UHGV virus genome: UHGV-0311442
Reading direction: 5' to 3' (one strand)
From: a virus
DNA length: 64,000 nucleotides
This document shows positions 49,722 to 57,331 of this stretch, piece after piece. Every line of letters starts with the position of its first letter. The stretch's first letter is position 1. The position numbers were made by a program, and so were the translations under genes. The notes under the pieces were generated by a model. It did not search any database. It was not told the DNA's origin and saw only the letters and a program-made list of their open reading frames with translations.

Positions 49722-50183
49722 TTATTTGTTAGGACGGGTGTGCCCACAGTTTTGGAAGAAAGTTTCAGATAAACGATCGCCTTCTACGGTAAAGTTAGCG
49801 GCATCGTTACCATTGATACTCACACTGAAAGTTTTGGCATTACCGATAGCATTAACGAAAGCAACCCAAGCGTGTTCTGCCTTGTCACTACCGTCCACGG
49901 TAGGGATGTTATAGGTTTTGCCGTTTACGACAATATCCATCGTGTTATCTTCAGCGTTAGTTGCACCTACGGGTTCCCCGTAATACCAAACCATGCGACC
50001 GTAAAATTTGCGATTCGCAGTTTCAGTGTCACAGTTGATAGACAGTCCGTTTCCGGCGGTGTCTTCAATTTCGTAAACTGCCTGGCCAGGGTTTTGTATT
50101 TGTTCCCAGCTGTTGATAGCGGCGTGTGCAGTATTGAAACCGATTACGAAAAGGGCGATTAAAAAGGAAGTGAAGATTTTCAT
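49722..50183 (-). CDS. Secreted small protein
   Basis: Track ORF of 153 aa with signal MKIFTSFLIALFVIGFNTAHA/AI and an ATG after ATAAAGGAGC. It is the first gene after promoter-like motif 50231-50257. Confidence 0.6.
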   Translation of the reverse strand: MKIFTSFLIALFVIGFNTAHAAINSWEQIQNPGQAVYEIEDTAGNGLSINCDTETANRKFYGRMVWYYGEPVGATNAEDNTMDIVVNGKTYNIPTVDGSDKAEHAWVAFVNAIGNAKTFSVSINGNDAANFTVEGDRLSETFFQNCGHTRPNK

Positions 50184-50230
50184 TGTTTTGCTCCTTTATG
50201 GCGTTAATGTATAAAGAGTTAATCGTAACT

Positions 50231-50257
50231 CTCACCTAAGTAATATATATCTGAAAT
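50231..50257 (-). promoter_or_regulatory. Promoter-like motif, class A (minus orientation: ATTTCAGATATATATTACTTAGGTGAG)
   Basis: Near-identical to 54517-54543. It lies directly downstream (minus sense) of terminator 50276-50308 and ~50 nt upstream of the ATG at 50183. The upstream flank is AT-rich. Confidence 0.5.
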
Positions 50258-50275
50258 TATTTTTAATATTAACGA

Positions 50276-50308
50276 ACAAAAAATAAAAGGTGGGGGTAAA
50301 CCCCCACC
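50276..50308 (-). terminator. Rho-independent terminator (minus strand)
   Basis: Stem ggtggggg/cccccacc with loop taaa. The minus strand continues ttttatttttt. Confidence 0.8.
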
Positions 50309-50312
50309 GATG

Positions 50313-50891
50313 TTATACATCGAACCGGTACTGCCGGGAGTTAATGAGGAACTCGGTATTCAGCTCAATCCATTCGAGTAAATCACCCAACGGTAATCGG
50401 TTTGGGTTTTCTAACTCAATAGACGCTACCGGATAAGAGTTTACTAATTCCGTAATTGCCTCAATACCCTCTTGCGTTCCGTCGTCTTCTAAGGTGATTG
50501 TAAACGGCATATCGGTACGATCCGCATTAGGATTGTACAAACTGACTTTCGTTGCTTGGACAAACGCAGTCAGGTCGTCACGTATAATGCGTGTATCAGG
50601 CGCTAGAACTACCCAGAGATGTTGTCCTGGCTGGAGTTTACGTTTTGCGTAGTTTAAGAACGGGTTAGCCGGTAAGCTTTCCAAACCACTGCAAATGTTC
50701 CGTAAATGAATCCCTCGTGGGTCTTTATAGTCCACGCTGAAGATTCCTACCGGTTCCTTCGCTGCCTGTTTTATCAGAAAGACCAATACCGTGTCCGCTC
50801 TTTCTGGTAAGGAAAGCTCTATTCCCTCAAGCTCCCCATCGACGAGGTTTTCCAACCAAACGTCTTTTCGCATTTCTATTAATCGGTACAC
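50313..50891 (-). CDS. Hypothetical protein
   Basis: Track ORF of 192 aa with a GTG start after GTGAGGTGG. It lacks the C-terminal GW...QLLF module of the four upstream genes. Confidence 0.55.
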   Translation of the reverse strand: MYRLIEMRKDVWLENLVDGELEGIELSLPERADTVLVFLIKQAAKEPVGIFSVDYKDPRGIHLRNICSGLESLPANPFLNYAKRKLQPGQHLWVVLAPDTRIIRDDLTAFVQATKVSLYNPNADRTDMPFTITLEDDGTQEGIEAITELVNSYPVASIELENPNRLPLGDLLEWIELNTEFLINSRQYRFDV

Positions 50892-50903
50892 GGTACCACC
50901 TCA

Positions 50904-51677
50904 CTATTGATTAAGTTTTACATCGGCAATAAACAGCAATTGTTTACCATGTTGCTGCACTTCTTTCCAACCTAGTTTCATAGCAGCGTCAACAACATCT
51001 AACATGCTGTAACGGGACATCAACGCGGTTGATTTTGTTCCTGACATTAAATAAAGCGGCTCATTAGGGCAACGGTCTCGAGCATCAGGAAGTTCTCGAA
51101 TAACCGCTGAGCCTTCGGGTGCGGTAACAACGTGAATCACGGTAAATGGTCTCTTATGCGTTAAATAGATACGAAATCCAACGTGTTCAGATTCATGAAA
51201 GATTTTCTTCACAACCACATCTTTTAGTGTTGTCTGAACATCATCCCCAGGTAATATCGTGGATTCACGAGAAACGAAACAACGACTATTTTCAATCGTG
51301 GAGAAATAATTACGTATCGGCAAACTGGCGTTATGATCGCGCAGTTTTTTGCTCAATAGATCGAAGTTCAGTTCTTTAACTTTTTCTAACCACTCTTTGG
51401 CTTGTTGAATGTAATAACTACCAACAGCGCGATAAGTTAATACCTTACCTGTGCTCACTTTCCAAAGCTTGATGCTTAGTGAATTTGGCTTATAGCGACG
51501 ATACTCACCCTGCGTATGGTTGATGCGCTCGTAACGCTCTACATCATCAACTGGTGCAGATTCGACCGATTGTAATTGCAGCGTACGATCTAATCTATCG
51601 GCAAATAGTAGTGATGATAGCGGGCCTTCGATCATATACGGTTCGGTTTTAAAGATATCGTCTAAATGGACTTTCAT
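50904..51677 (-). CDS. Member of the tandem paralog family (C-terminal GW...QLLF module)
   Basis: Track ORF of 257 aa. The N-terminus MKVHLDDIFKTE corresponds to MKELLDDIFTNT of 53511..54248. The C-terminus is LGWKEVQQHGKQLLFIADV. Confidence 0.6.
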   Translation of the reverse strand: MKVHLDDIFKTEPYMIEGPLSSLLFADRLDRTLQLQSVESAPVDDVERYERINHTQGEYRRYKPNSLSIKLWKVSTGKVLTYRAVGSYYIQQAKEWLEKVKELNFDLLSKKLRDHNASLPIRNYFSTIENSRCFVSRESTILPGDDVQTTLKDVVVKKIFHESEHVGFRIYLTHKRPFTVIHVVTAPEGSAVIRELPDARDRCPNEPLYLMSGTKSTALMSRYSMLDVVDAAMKLGWKEVQQHGKQLLFIADVKLNQ

Positions 51678-51692
51678 TTCTATTTCCTTCTT

Positions 51693-51718
51693 AACAAAAG
51701 CCGCGACTAAAGCGCGGC
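51693..51718 (-). terminator. Hairpin terminator (minus strand), weaker
   Basis: Stem gccgcg/cgcggc. The minus strand continues ttttgtt. Confidence 0.55.
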
Positions 51719-51744
51719 AGTTAGAGAAAGTGTAGTTTCACTTA

Positions 51745-52896
51745 TTAAAGGTCAGCAACAAACAGCAGCTGACTGCCGTACGGTTCGACAGATTTCCAAC
51801 CGTAATCTTTACCGATCGTCGTTAGATGGCCGGTATTTAACTTTTTGTCAACCATCCGCAGACGCATCATTAGCGTATTGGATTCTGCCGCATCGAGTAA
51901 CAACGCAGGTTCTTTTTCAGTGCGGTCATCCGCTTTCGGGAAGAAACTGTAATACTGACTTTTGGGCAGTTCGATTGTCAACGTATAGTTTTTCTTTGTA
52001 ATGAATAACGCCATCCCTTCGAAATTACAATCGAAACGATATTCCCAACCCGCCTCGGCTAAAACGTCTTTTAGCATTTCCATGACTTTAAGCTGGTTAA
52101 CGCTAGGCAGTCGGTAAGCTGCAAGGTTACTTGGAAATATGCGTATACCGTCGACGACACTATCGGTGGTTTCGTCAATAAGTTCAGGATAACGTTGCGA
52201 GAAAATATGATCGCTCTTGCTTTTCTCTTCGATGTCACGAATGAATTGGGCTATTTCGTCTCTTAAGCCAGACACTTGATTTTCTCCTTCGACTTCAATA
52301 ATCTGGTGGGGTTCGCCGCTAATTAAAATGTGGTAAACGATGTCGTCGGTAGAACGGTAAGTGAGTTTGATAGCTTTATCACTTAACATTTCGTAGCGGA
52401 AGAAACTTTCGTACCAAGTTGACCCGAAATCGTTTCGTGTAAGTTCCTGCTCAACTTTGATGGTTTTTGCTTCAAAACCAATTAACCCACTTAATAACGC
52501 GTGTTCTGGTTTAGTTAAAATGTTCGCACCGTGAAAGGGCACTTTCTCAAGCTGAAAACATAAATTACTGACTTTACCACTTGGGAAGACCTTAAACATA
52601 ATCTTCCGGCTGCTACTCTTTTCCCTAACAACGAGTTTACGGTAATTTAGTCCACAATTTGTGTAAACCGCGAACTTGTAACCTTCAATTTCTTCATCGT
52701 AAGTACAGACATCGACAGGTGCGATAATCTCATTGTATTCAGTAAGTACACAGCAGCCCAAGTTATAACCAAACAACTCACGTTGTAATGAAGATTCGAT
52801 GGTTAAGCTTGGTAGTGACCAAGTCCGATTATAGCATCTGTCCATCAGTTCTTTTAGGATCTTGGCATGTCCTGGCTTAGAAATAATATTTCGCAT
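51745..52896 (-). CDS. Member of the tandem paralog family; carries two copies of the GW...LF module
   Basis: Track ORF of 383 aa. The C-terminus is YGWKSVEPYGSQLLFVADL, and an internal copy reads AGWEYRFDCNFEGMALFITK. Confidence 0.6.
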   Translation of the reverse strand: MRNIISKPGHAKILKELMDRCYNRTWSLPSLTIESSLQRELFGYNLGCCVLTEYNEIIAPVDVCTYDEEIEGYKFAVYTNCGLNYRKLVVREKSSSRKIMFKVFPSGKVSNLCFQLEKVPFHGANILTKPEHALLSGLIGFEAKTIKVEQELTRNDFGSTWYESFFRYEMLSDKAIKLTYRSTDDIVYHILISGEPHQIIEVEGENQVSGLRDEIAQFIRDIEEKSKSDHIFSQRYPELIDETTDSVVDGIRIFPSNLAAYRLPSVNQLKVMEMLKDVLAEAGWEYRFDCNFEGMALFITKKNYTLTIELPKSQYYSFFPKADDRTEKEPALLLDAAESNTLMMRLRMVDKKLNTGHLTTIGKDYGWKSVEPYGSQLLFVADL

Positions 52897-52926
52897 TTTT
52901 ACTCTCCTTTAGGGTTTTTTTGTTAC

Positions 52927-53481
52927 TTAAGCAGGGTAAGCTAAAAACAACAACTGCTGGCCGAGTTTACGTACAGTATACCAACCGTGGGCTTTAGCGA
53001 CCGCGATCAACGTTTCCCAGTCATCAACATCACACTGCTCATTCCGAAGTCTTGTAAAGAGTGCCTCGGCTTCGCTTTGGTTTAATAACTTACCTGGGTT
53101 GTCTGGGGTGCAGTCAGTAGGGGTTGGAAAGAAAGTATACTGACGCGCTAGGAGAAAATCGACCAGATACTTGGTATTTTCTTTATAAACCAGCGTGGAA
53201 GACTTTCCTTCGTGGAAGAAGCTGCCTGTTTTCCAAGCGCTATCCCCCAGTAAGCTCTGAAGGTAATCTGTAAAGCCCGTTCTGAAAGGGATATGGTTTT
53301 TACGTGTGATGTTACGACGCAGCGGGGTTTCCTCTACAGCTTGTACACCCACCCCTACTATCATCGCACCTGGCTGAATAATGCTATTGGTCAGTACGGT
53401 ATAAGGACGGACAAAGAAATGTTCGCCTACGCCTTTTTCAAGGGTTTGGATAATTTCATTTTTCAGTTCAGTTTGAAACAT
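52927..53481 (-). CDS. Member of the tandem paralog family
   Basis: Track ORF of 184 aa. The C-terminus is HGWYTVRKLGQQLLFLAYPA. Confidence 0.6.
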   Translation of the reverse strand: MFQTELKNEIIQTLEKGVGEHFFVRPYTVLTNSIIQPGAMIVGVGVQAVEETPLRRNITRKNHIPFRTGFTDYLQSLLGDSAWKTGSFFHEGKSSTLVYKENTKYLVDFLLARQYTFFPTPTDCTPDNPGKLLNQSEAEALFTRLRNEQCDVDDWETLIAVAKAHGWYTVRKLGQQLLFLAYPA

Positions 53482-53510
53482 GGTATATTCTCCTTTTTCG
53501 GTTTTCTTAA

Positions 53511-54248
53511 TTACGCGGTTTTAATTAACAGCAGATAGTCCTTCGTAATCTCAGCACAACCCCACCCTCTCATCGCGGCGATTTTACGAAGATCAATTTT
53601 CTCGTGATATCTCAATAAGGGATCGCCTGAGTTAATCTCAACCAGGTGTGTGGCTTTAGAAATCGTTTCTACATCAGGGATCTGTTTTGCTAAGTCGGAT
53701 GCAATTAACTCGATGATACGGTATCCCTCTAACACAGAAACATAGATGCGCAAACCATATAGCGTGCCTTCGTCTTCTAATGGACAAAGATCGATGCCGG
53801 GTCCAAGCAGTGATAACTCGACGTTATCGGGAAGGTTTTCTGCATTTCGGAGTAACCCTATCCCATTTCTAAACAGAGGGAAGTAAGAGAATAGTGGTGG
53901 TAAAGCCCAACCGTTCCCAATAAGCACATCAGCGATACTCGTAGGTGTGTTCGCAAGAAGACGAATGTGGTCAGCCACAACTTCAAGTTCGGCGTCACTG
54001 ATCAACTTATAGATTAACATGACACTGGTTTCGGTATTAATAACAAAGAAGACGCGGTTGGCGTAACTGCCTATCACGTATTCGTCAATCATACAGTCGA
54101 TAACGTCACTGTCTGGATAATCTTCAGGTTTAATTGTTCCAGCATCGATTAACTTAGCAGGTTGCGATTGTTTTATTAGTTCGTTAACCACCGTAGAAGA
54201 AAGTTCTAAACTGGTGTTGGTAAAGATATCGTCTAATAATTCTTTCAT
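53511..54248 (-). CDS. Member of the tandem paralog family (most divergent C-terminus)
   Basis: Track ORF of 245 aa. The C-terminus is RGWGCAEITKDYLLLIKTA, and the N-terminus matches 50904..51677. Confidence 0.6.
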   Translation of the reverse strand: MKELLDDIFTNTSLELSSTVVNELIKQSQPAKLIDAGTIKPEDYPDSDVIDCMIDEYVIGSYANRVFFVINTETSVMLIYKLISDAELEVVADHIRLLANTPTSIADVLIGNGWALPPLFSYFPLFRNGIGLLRNAENLPDNVELSLLGPGIDLCPLEDEGTLYGLRIYVSVLEGYRIIELIASDLAKQIPDVETISKATHLVEINSGDPLLRYHEKIDLRKIAAMRGWGCAEITKDYLLLIKTA

Positions 54249-54344
54249 GATTTACTCGCTAATCCCAATGAAGGGAAGGCTATTATTATGGATTGTAAAA
54301 GAGGTATAAGGAAGTCACTACGTTCCTCTGGGAAGAGTATGTCG

Positions 54345-54382
54345 GTATACTCCGTATACCTCCGCTATTTATATCCGTATAC
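54345..54382. repeat. Three copies of C(C/G)GTATAC (palindromic GTATAC cores at 54345-50, 54354-59 and 54377-82)
   Basis: Read directly from the sequence, in the 319-bp non-coding region between divergent genes. Candidate operator array. Confidence 0.6.
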
Positions 54383-54388
54383 ATAATG

Positions 54389-54402
54389 CCCCCTACCCCC
54401 TA
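54389..54402. repeat. Tandem heptamer CCCCCTA x2
   Basis: Read directly from the sequence (ccccctaccccctacc). Confidence 0.7.
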
Positions 54403-54487
54403 CCGGTATCCCGAGTAGCAGAATAAAGGGACATAATGTAATTTTTAGTAACCTTTAACGAAAGGTACTAAAAGGGTAACGTGTCCG

Positions 54488-54516
54488 TAGGGACTGAACT
54501 GGTACTTCAGTCCCTA
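54488..54516 (-). other. 11-bp hairpin (tagggactgaa/ttcagtcccta) immediately downstream (minus sense) of promoter-like motif 54517-54543
   Basis: Read directly from the sequence. It would form the 5' end of a minus-strand transcript. Confidence 0.55.
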
Positions 54517-54543
54517 TTCACTTAAGTAAAATATATCTGAAAT
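54517..54543 (-). promoter_or_regulatory. Promoter-like motif, class A (minus orientation: ATTTCAGATATATTTTACTTAAGTGAA)
   Basis: Near-identical to 50231-50257. It points toward the paralog array but lies ~270 nt upstream of its first ATG (54248). Confidence 0.45.
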
Positions 54544-54568
54544 CAATTCCGATCTAAGGAACGTCCCG

Positions 54569-55534
54569 ATGGAGAAATCCAGTGTTGATTTTTTCTCAAT
54601 TGGTATCGTCGCGGAAGACAAACCCCGTGGTACAGATCGGGTAAAAGTGATACCAATTGAAACTAACTTTGCTAACCCTACCGTGGTGCAATCTGTTTCT
54701 TCAGCAACTGAAAAGACGCATGAAACGTCTGGTGCAACAGATAACCTAACCATTAAGACGGGTAACACGATAACAGCAAAGTGGTGGAAGTTTAACTCCA
54801 ACCGAATTAATTCCCCTGACGTTAAACGAGAAGACTACGTTATCTTGTTACGTTTGGGGAAAACCGATATTTATTTTTGGATTGATCTGAACTTCGCTAA
54901 CGTTAAGCGATTAGAAGATGCGGTTTATGCGTGGTCGGCTGACCCTGAAAACCAAATGGCGGATGACTTGTCCAATGCGTATGTGTTGAACGTTTCGACG
55001 ATTGACAAACATATCACGCTAAGAACAAGTATGGTGAATGGCGAGAAAGCGGCGTGGTTGTTTCAGTTTGATAATGCAAACGGTACGTGGCAGTGCGTTG
55101 ACCATAAAGGAAACAAGTATTACATTAACTCGGTTGAAGATGATCTCGGGTTTGAGAATGCGATGCTTTCAAAAGTGAACATCAACAAAGAAGATGCGTT
55201 CATTTATTCAAAGCGTTCTATTAACCTGGAAACGAAAACGATTAATGAAAAATGCGAAGTTCGCAATACAGAAGCAGCGAAATCCGTTACGTTTAAAACA
55301 CAAACCTGGTTAACGGAAGCGGGAAGTTCGACAACGTTTAAAACGCCGAACTTTAAACAAGAAGGGAAGGAAGCGATGTTCACCGGTAATTTGGAAATCG
55401 CTAAGAACTTCAAATACGGTGGTACGGGTGAAGGTGTGGGTGTCTTTACGGTTAAAGATGCTGTTATTTCCGGTATTACCTTTAGCGTTCACATTCACCA
55501 AGGTAAACATGGTCCGACATCACCTCCGCAATAA
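54569..55534 (+). CDS. Baseplate central spike / cell-puncturing protein (gpV/gp5 OB-fold-like)
   Basis: Track ORF of 321 aa. The N-terminus FFSIGIVAEDKPRGTDRVKVIPIE is OB-fold-like. The C-terminus VHIHQGKHGPTSPPQ resembles the HxH...G.T..P apex motif of P2 gpV/Mu gp45-type spikes. It neighbours tail-fibre genes. Confidence 0.45.
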   Translation: MEKSSVDFFSIGIVAEDKPRGTDRVKVIPIETNFANPTVVQSVSSATEKTHETSGATDNLTIKTGNTITAKWWKFNSNRINSPDVKREDYVILLRLGKTDIYFWIDLNFANVKRLEDAVYAWSADPENQMADDLSNAYVLNVSTIDKHITLRTSMVNGEKAAWLFQFDNANGTWQCVDHKGNKYYINSVEDDLGFENAMLSKVNINKEDAFIYSKRSINLETKTINEKCEVRNTEAAKSVTFKTQTWLTEAGSSTTFKTPNFKQEGKEAMFTGNLEIAKNFKYGGTGEGVGVFTVKDAVISGITFSVHIHQGKHGPTSPPQ

Positions 55535-55740
55535 TTCCCCTTTTTCTTACGTTGTTTTTATATATTGTGACCTGACGTTGGTAAAACTTTTTATCAACAC
55601 TTTTCTTAAACCCATCGTTTAGTTAAGCAGGCCACTTTTTTCGCGCACTCTACTCCTCCCTACGGGGAGGAGCTATCTTATGCTTCGGTTGTAACACACG
55701 TCGGTCTTAGACCACCTTCCTTTTGAAATGGAGAGCTGTT

Positions 55741-55950
55741 ATGTCTATTAAAGAGTTCTCTTCTGCTGAGCATATTCCAGAAGAGTTTAAGAAAATCGGT
55801 AACGTTAGCGCCTTCGGCGATACCGTTGATCATGTAACTGGTAAGCTGGCTGCTGAAGCCGAAAAAATTGGCGGCGACGCATTCAAAGTTATCGGTATTT
55901 CCGGCAACAACAAACTGCACGGTAACGCGATTGTCTACAAAAAAGACTAA
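55741..55950 (+). CDS. DUF1471 (YdgH/BhsA/McbA-like) small protein lacking a signal peptide
   Basis: The track ORF starts at a TTG at 55723. The ATG at 55741 follows GGAGAGCTGTT. KKIGNVSAFGDTVDHVTGKLAAEAEKIGGDAFKVIGISGNNKLHGNAIVYKK matches the enterobacterial BhsA/YhcN-family core pattern (IG.VS..G...S.......LA.KA...GA....I.S.......L.G.A..YK). Confidence 0.6.
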   Translation: MSIKEFSSAEHIPEEFKKIGNVSAFGDTVDHVTGKLAAEAEKIGGDAFKVIGISGNNKLHGNAIVYKKD

Positions 55951-55953
55951 GCG

Positions 55954-56010
55954 AAAAAAAAACGTGCTACTCCTACCCTCTAAGAGGGTAGGAGGTTACT
56001 TTATTTTTTT
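55954..56010. terminator. Bidirectional hairpin terminator
   Basis: 11-bp stem ctcctaccctc/gagggtaggag with loop taa. An A9 run lies upstream and tttattttttt downstream. Confidence 0.8.
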
Positions 56011-57263
56011 CGTGCTCTAAAGCGATGCATTTCTAAATACACTTTTTCCCAGGGACCGAATGGACCAACGATTGCTTGAGCATCGTTAATCTTCTTCTGA
56101 TTATACCACCGGGCTTCACGAAAGACGTAGTTTTGACTGTCGAATTCGGTGGTGTTAAATACCCACTCACCTTCCTCCCACGTAGGCCAATAACCTACCG
56201 TCTTACCAAATCGATTATTTAAGTACCCTAATGGTTTTTCAGAATCAGGATCGTTAGGGTCCTTGAGATAACAACGTCCCCAAACTGCGTTATGGGATAC
56301 ACCCACAACCTCTTCTTCTAAATACGGATTATCTACCGTAAAGATAAAAGAGGATTCGTGGAGTAAAAGTGCCTTTAATGTTTCGGGGTTGCGAATACGT
56401 TGGACATTAGTAGGTGTTGATAAATCCCCCACACCGATGGCGTCCCAGTCGTAATAGCGACGGGTTTCCAGAACGGTCCGTGCAAGATCAAAATTCGGTA
56501 AAGAAATCATGATAGCACGGTCGGAGAAATAACCGCCCGGGGGCAACCAACGTAACATCCCGCCTATGACGAAACCCACGGTTTTTCCCGTAATAGATTC
56601 GGGCAGCGATATCATTAACGTAGAGTAATAGTCGCGTGTAGTGTCGAGCTTGTTTAGGGTAAGGTTGGCAATGGGGTAAGTTTTAACATTCCCTAACTGA
56701 CCAAAAACCATACAACCAATATCTGGCGTACAGGCTCTCCGTACGATTTTACCGGCCCCGGGTAATCGCACACCTACGGTATCCGTCTGGTGTGGTACCC
56801 ACTGACCGTTGATGTTGTAGAGCACACTATTACGGTATTTGTCCTTCCACTTGTCCTCACAAACGACGACAACGTCATCAGCATCGTCTAAGCTGAAATC
56901 TTGACTGTGATGGTACCCCGGCGGACACAGATATGTCTCGACAGGCACATCGGCATTAATTGATTGGTAGTGTGCCCAACTGAATTCCAGTTTCGGCAAT
57001 CCGGCCTTTAGAGTGGGGATGACGTTTCCGGCTTTTTCATTTAACCAATCTTGTAAAGTGTCTGTTCGGTTTTGTAGTTCGGCAAGATGGTATTGACTGA
57101 CTAACGTATAGTCTTTACCAAGTGCACTTAAACCGATCTCAAAGGTGTGGTAGTCTGAACACAACGTATTTAAGGGTTGCGTGACATCGATGGCTCCCCA
57201 GGTACGGGACTCTCGAGAGAAGCCAAAAGCGCTGTCGGGCCGCACTTGATAAGCAGTAGTCAC
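56001..57263 (-). CDS. Hypothetical protein (possibly baseplate/tail-associated by context)
   Basis: Track ORF of 420 aa with a GTG start after GAGGAAAAG. It is divergent from the tail-fibre operon. Confidence 0.55.
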   Translation of the reverse strand: MTTAYQVRPDSAFGFSRESRTWGAIDVTQPLNTLCSDYHTFEIGLSALGKDYTLVSQYHLAELQNRTDTLQDWLNEKAGNVIPTLKAGLPKLEFSWAHYQSINADVPVETYLCPPGYHHSQDFSLDDADDVVVVCEDKWKDKYRNSVLYNINGQWVPHQTDTVGVRLPGAGKIVRRACTPDIGCMVFGQLGNVKTYPIANLTLNKLDTTRDYYSTLMISLPESITGKTVGFVIGGMLRWLPPGGYFSDRAIMISLPNFDLARTVLETRRYYDWDAIGVGDLSTPTNVQRIRNPETLKALLLHESSFIFTVDNPYLEEEVVGVSHNAVWGRCYLKDPNDPDSEKPLGYLNNRFGKTVGYWPTWEEGEWVFNTTEFDSQNYVFREARWYNQKKINDAQAIVGPFGPWEKVYLEMHRFRARKK

Positions 57264-57331
57264 AGCTCTTTTCCTCTATAGATTCAAGTCATAGTATGAA
57301 CTTCGACGCCCACGGACTATAGGAGTAGAGA

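Noticed and set aside
54291-54386. 32-codon plus-strand ORF (MDCKRGIRKSLRSSGKSMSVYSVYLRYLYPYT) in the 319-bp non-coding hub
   Set aside because: It has no SD. Its Tyr-rich C-terminus is simply the translation of the GTATAC repeat boxes, which are more plausibly DNA or RNA elements.
54514-54801. 95-aa minus-strand ORF overlapping the start of the spike gene
   Set aside because: It overlaps the well-supported plus-strand spike gene and the promoter-like motif, and it has no SD.
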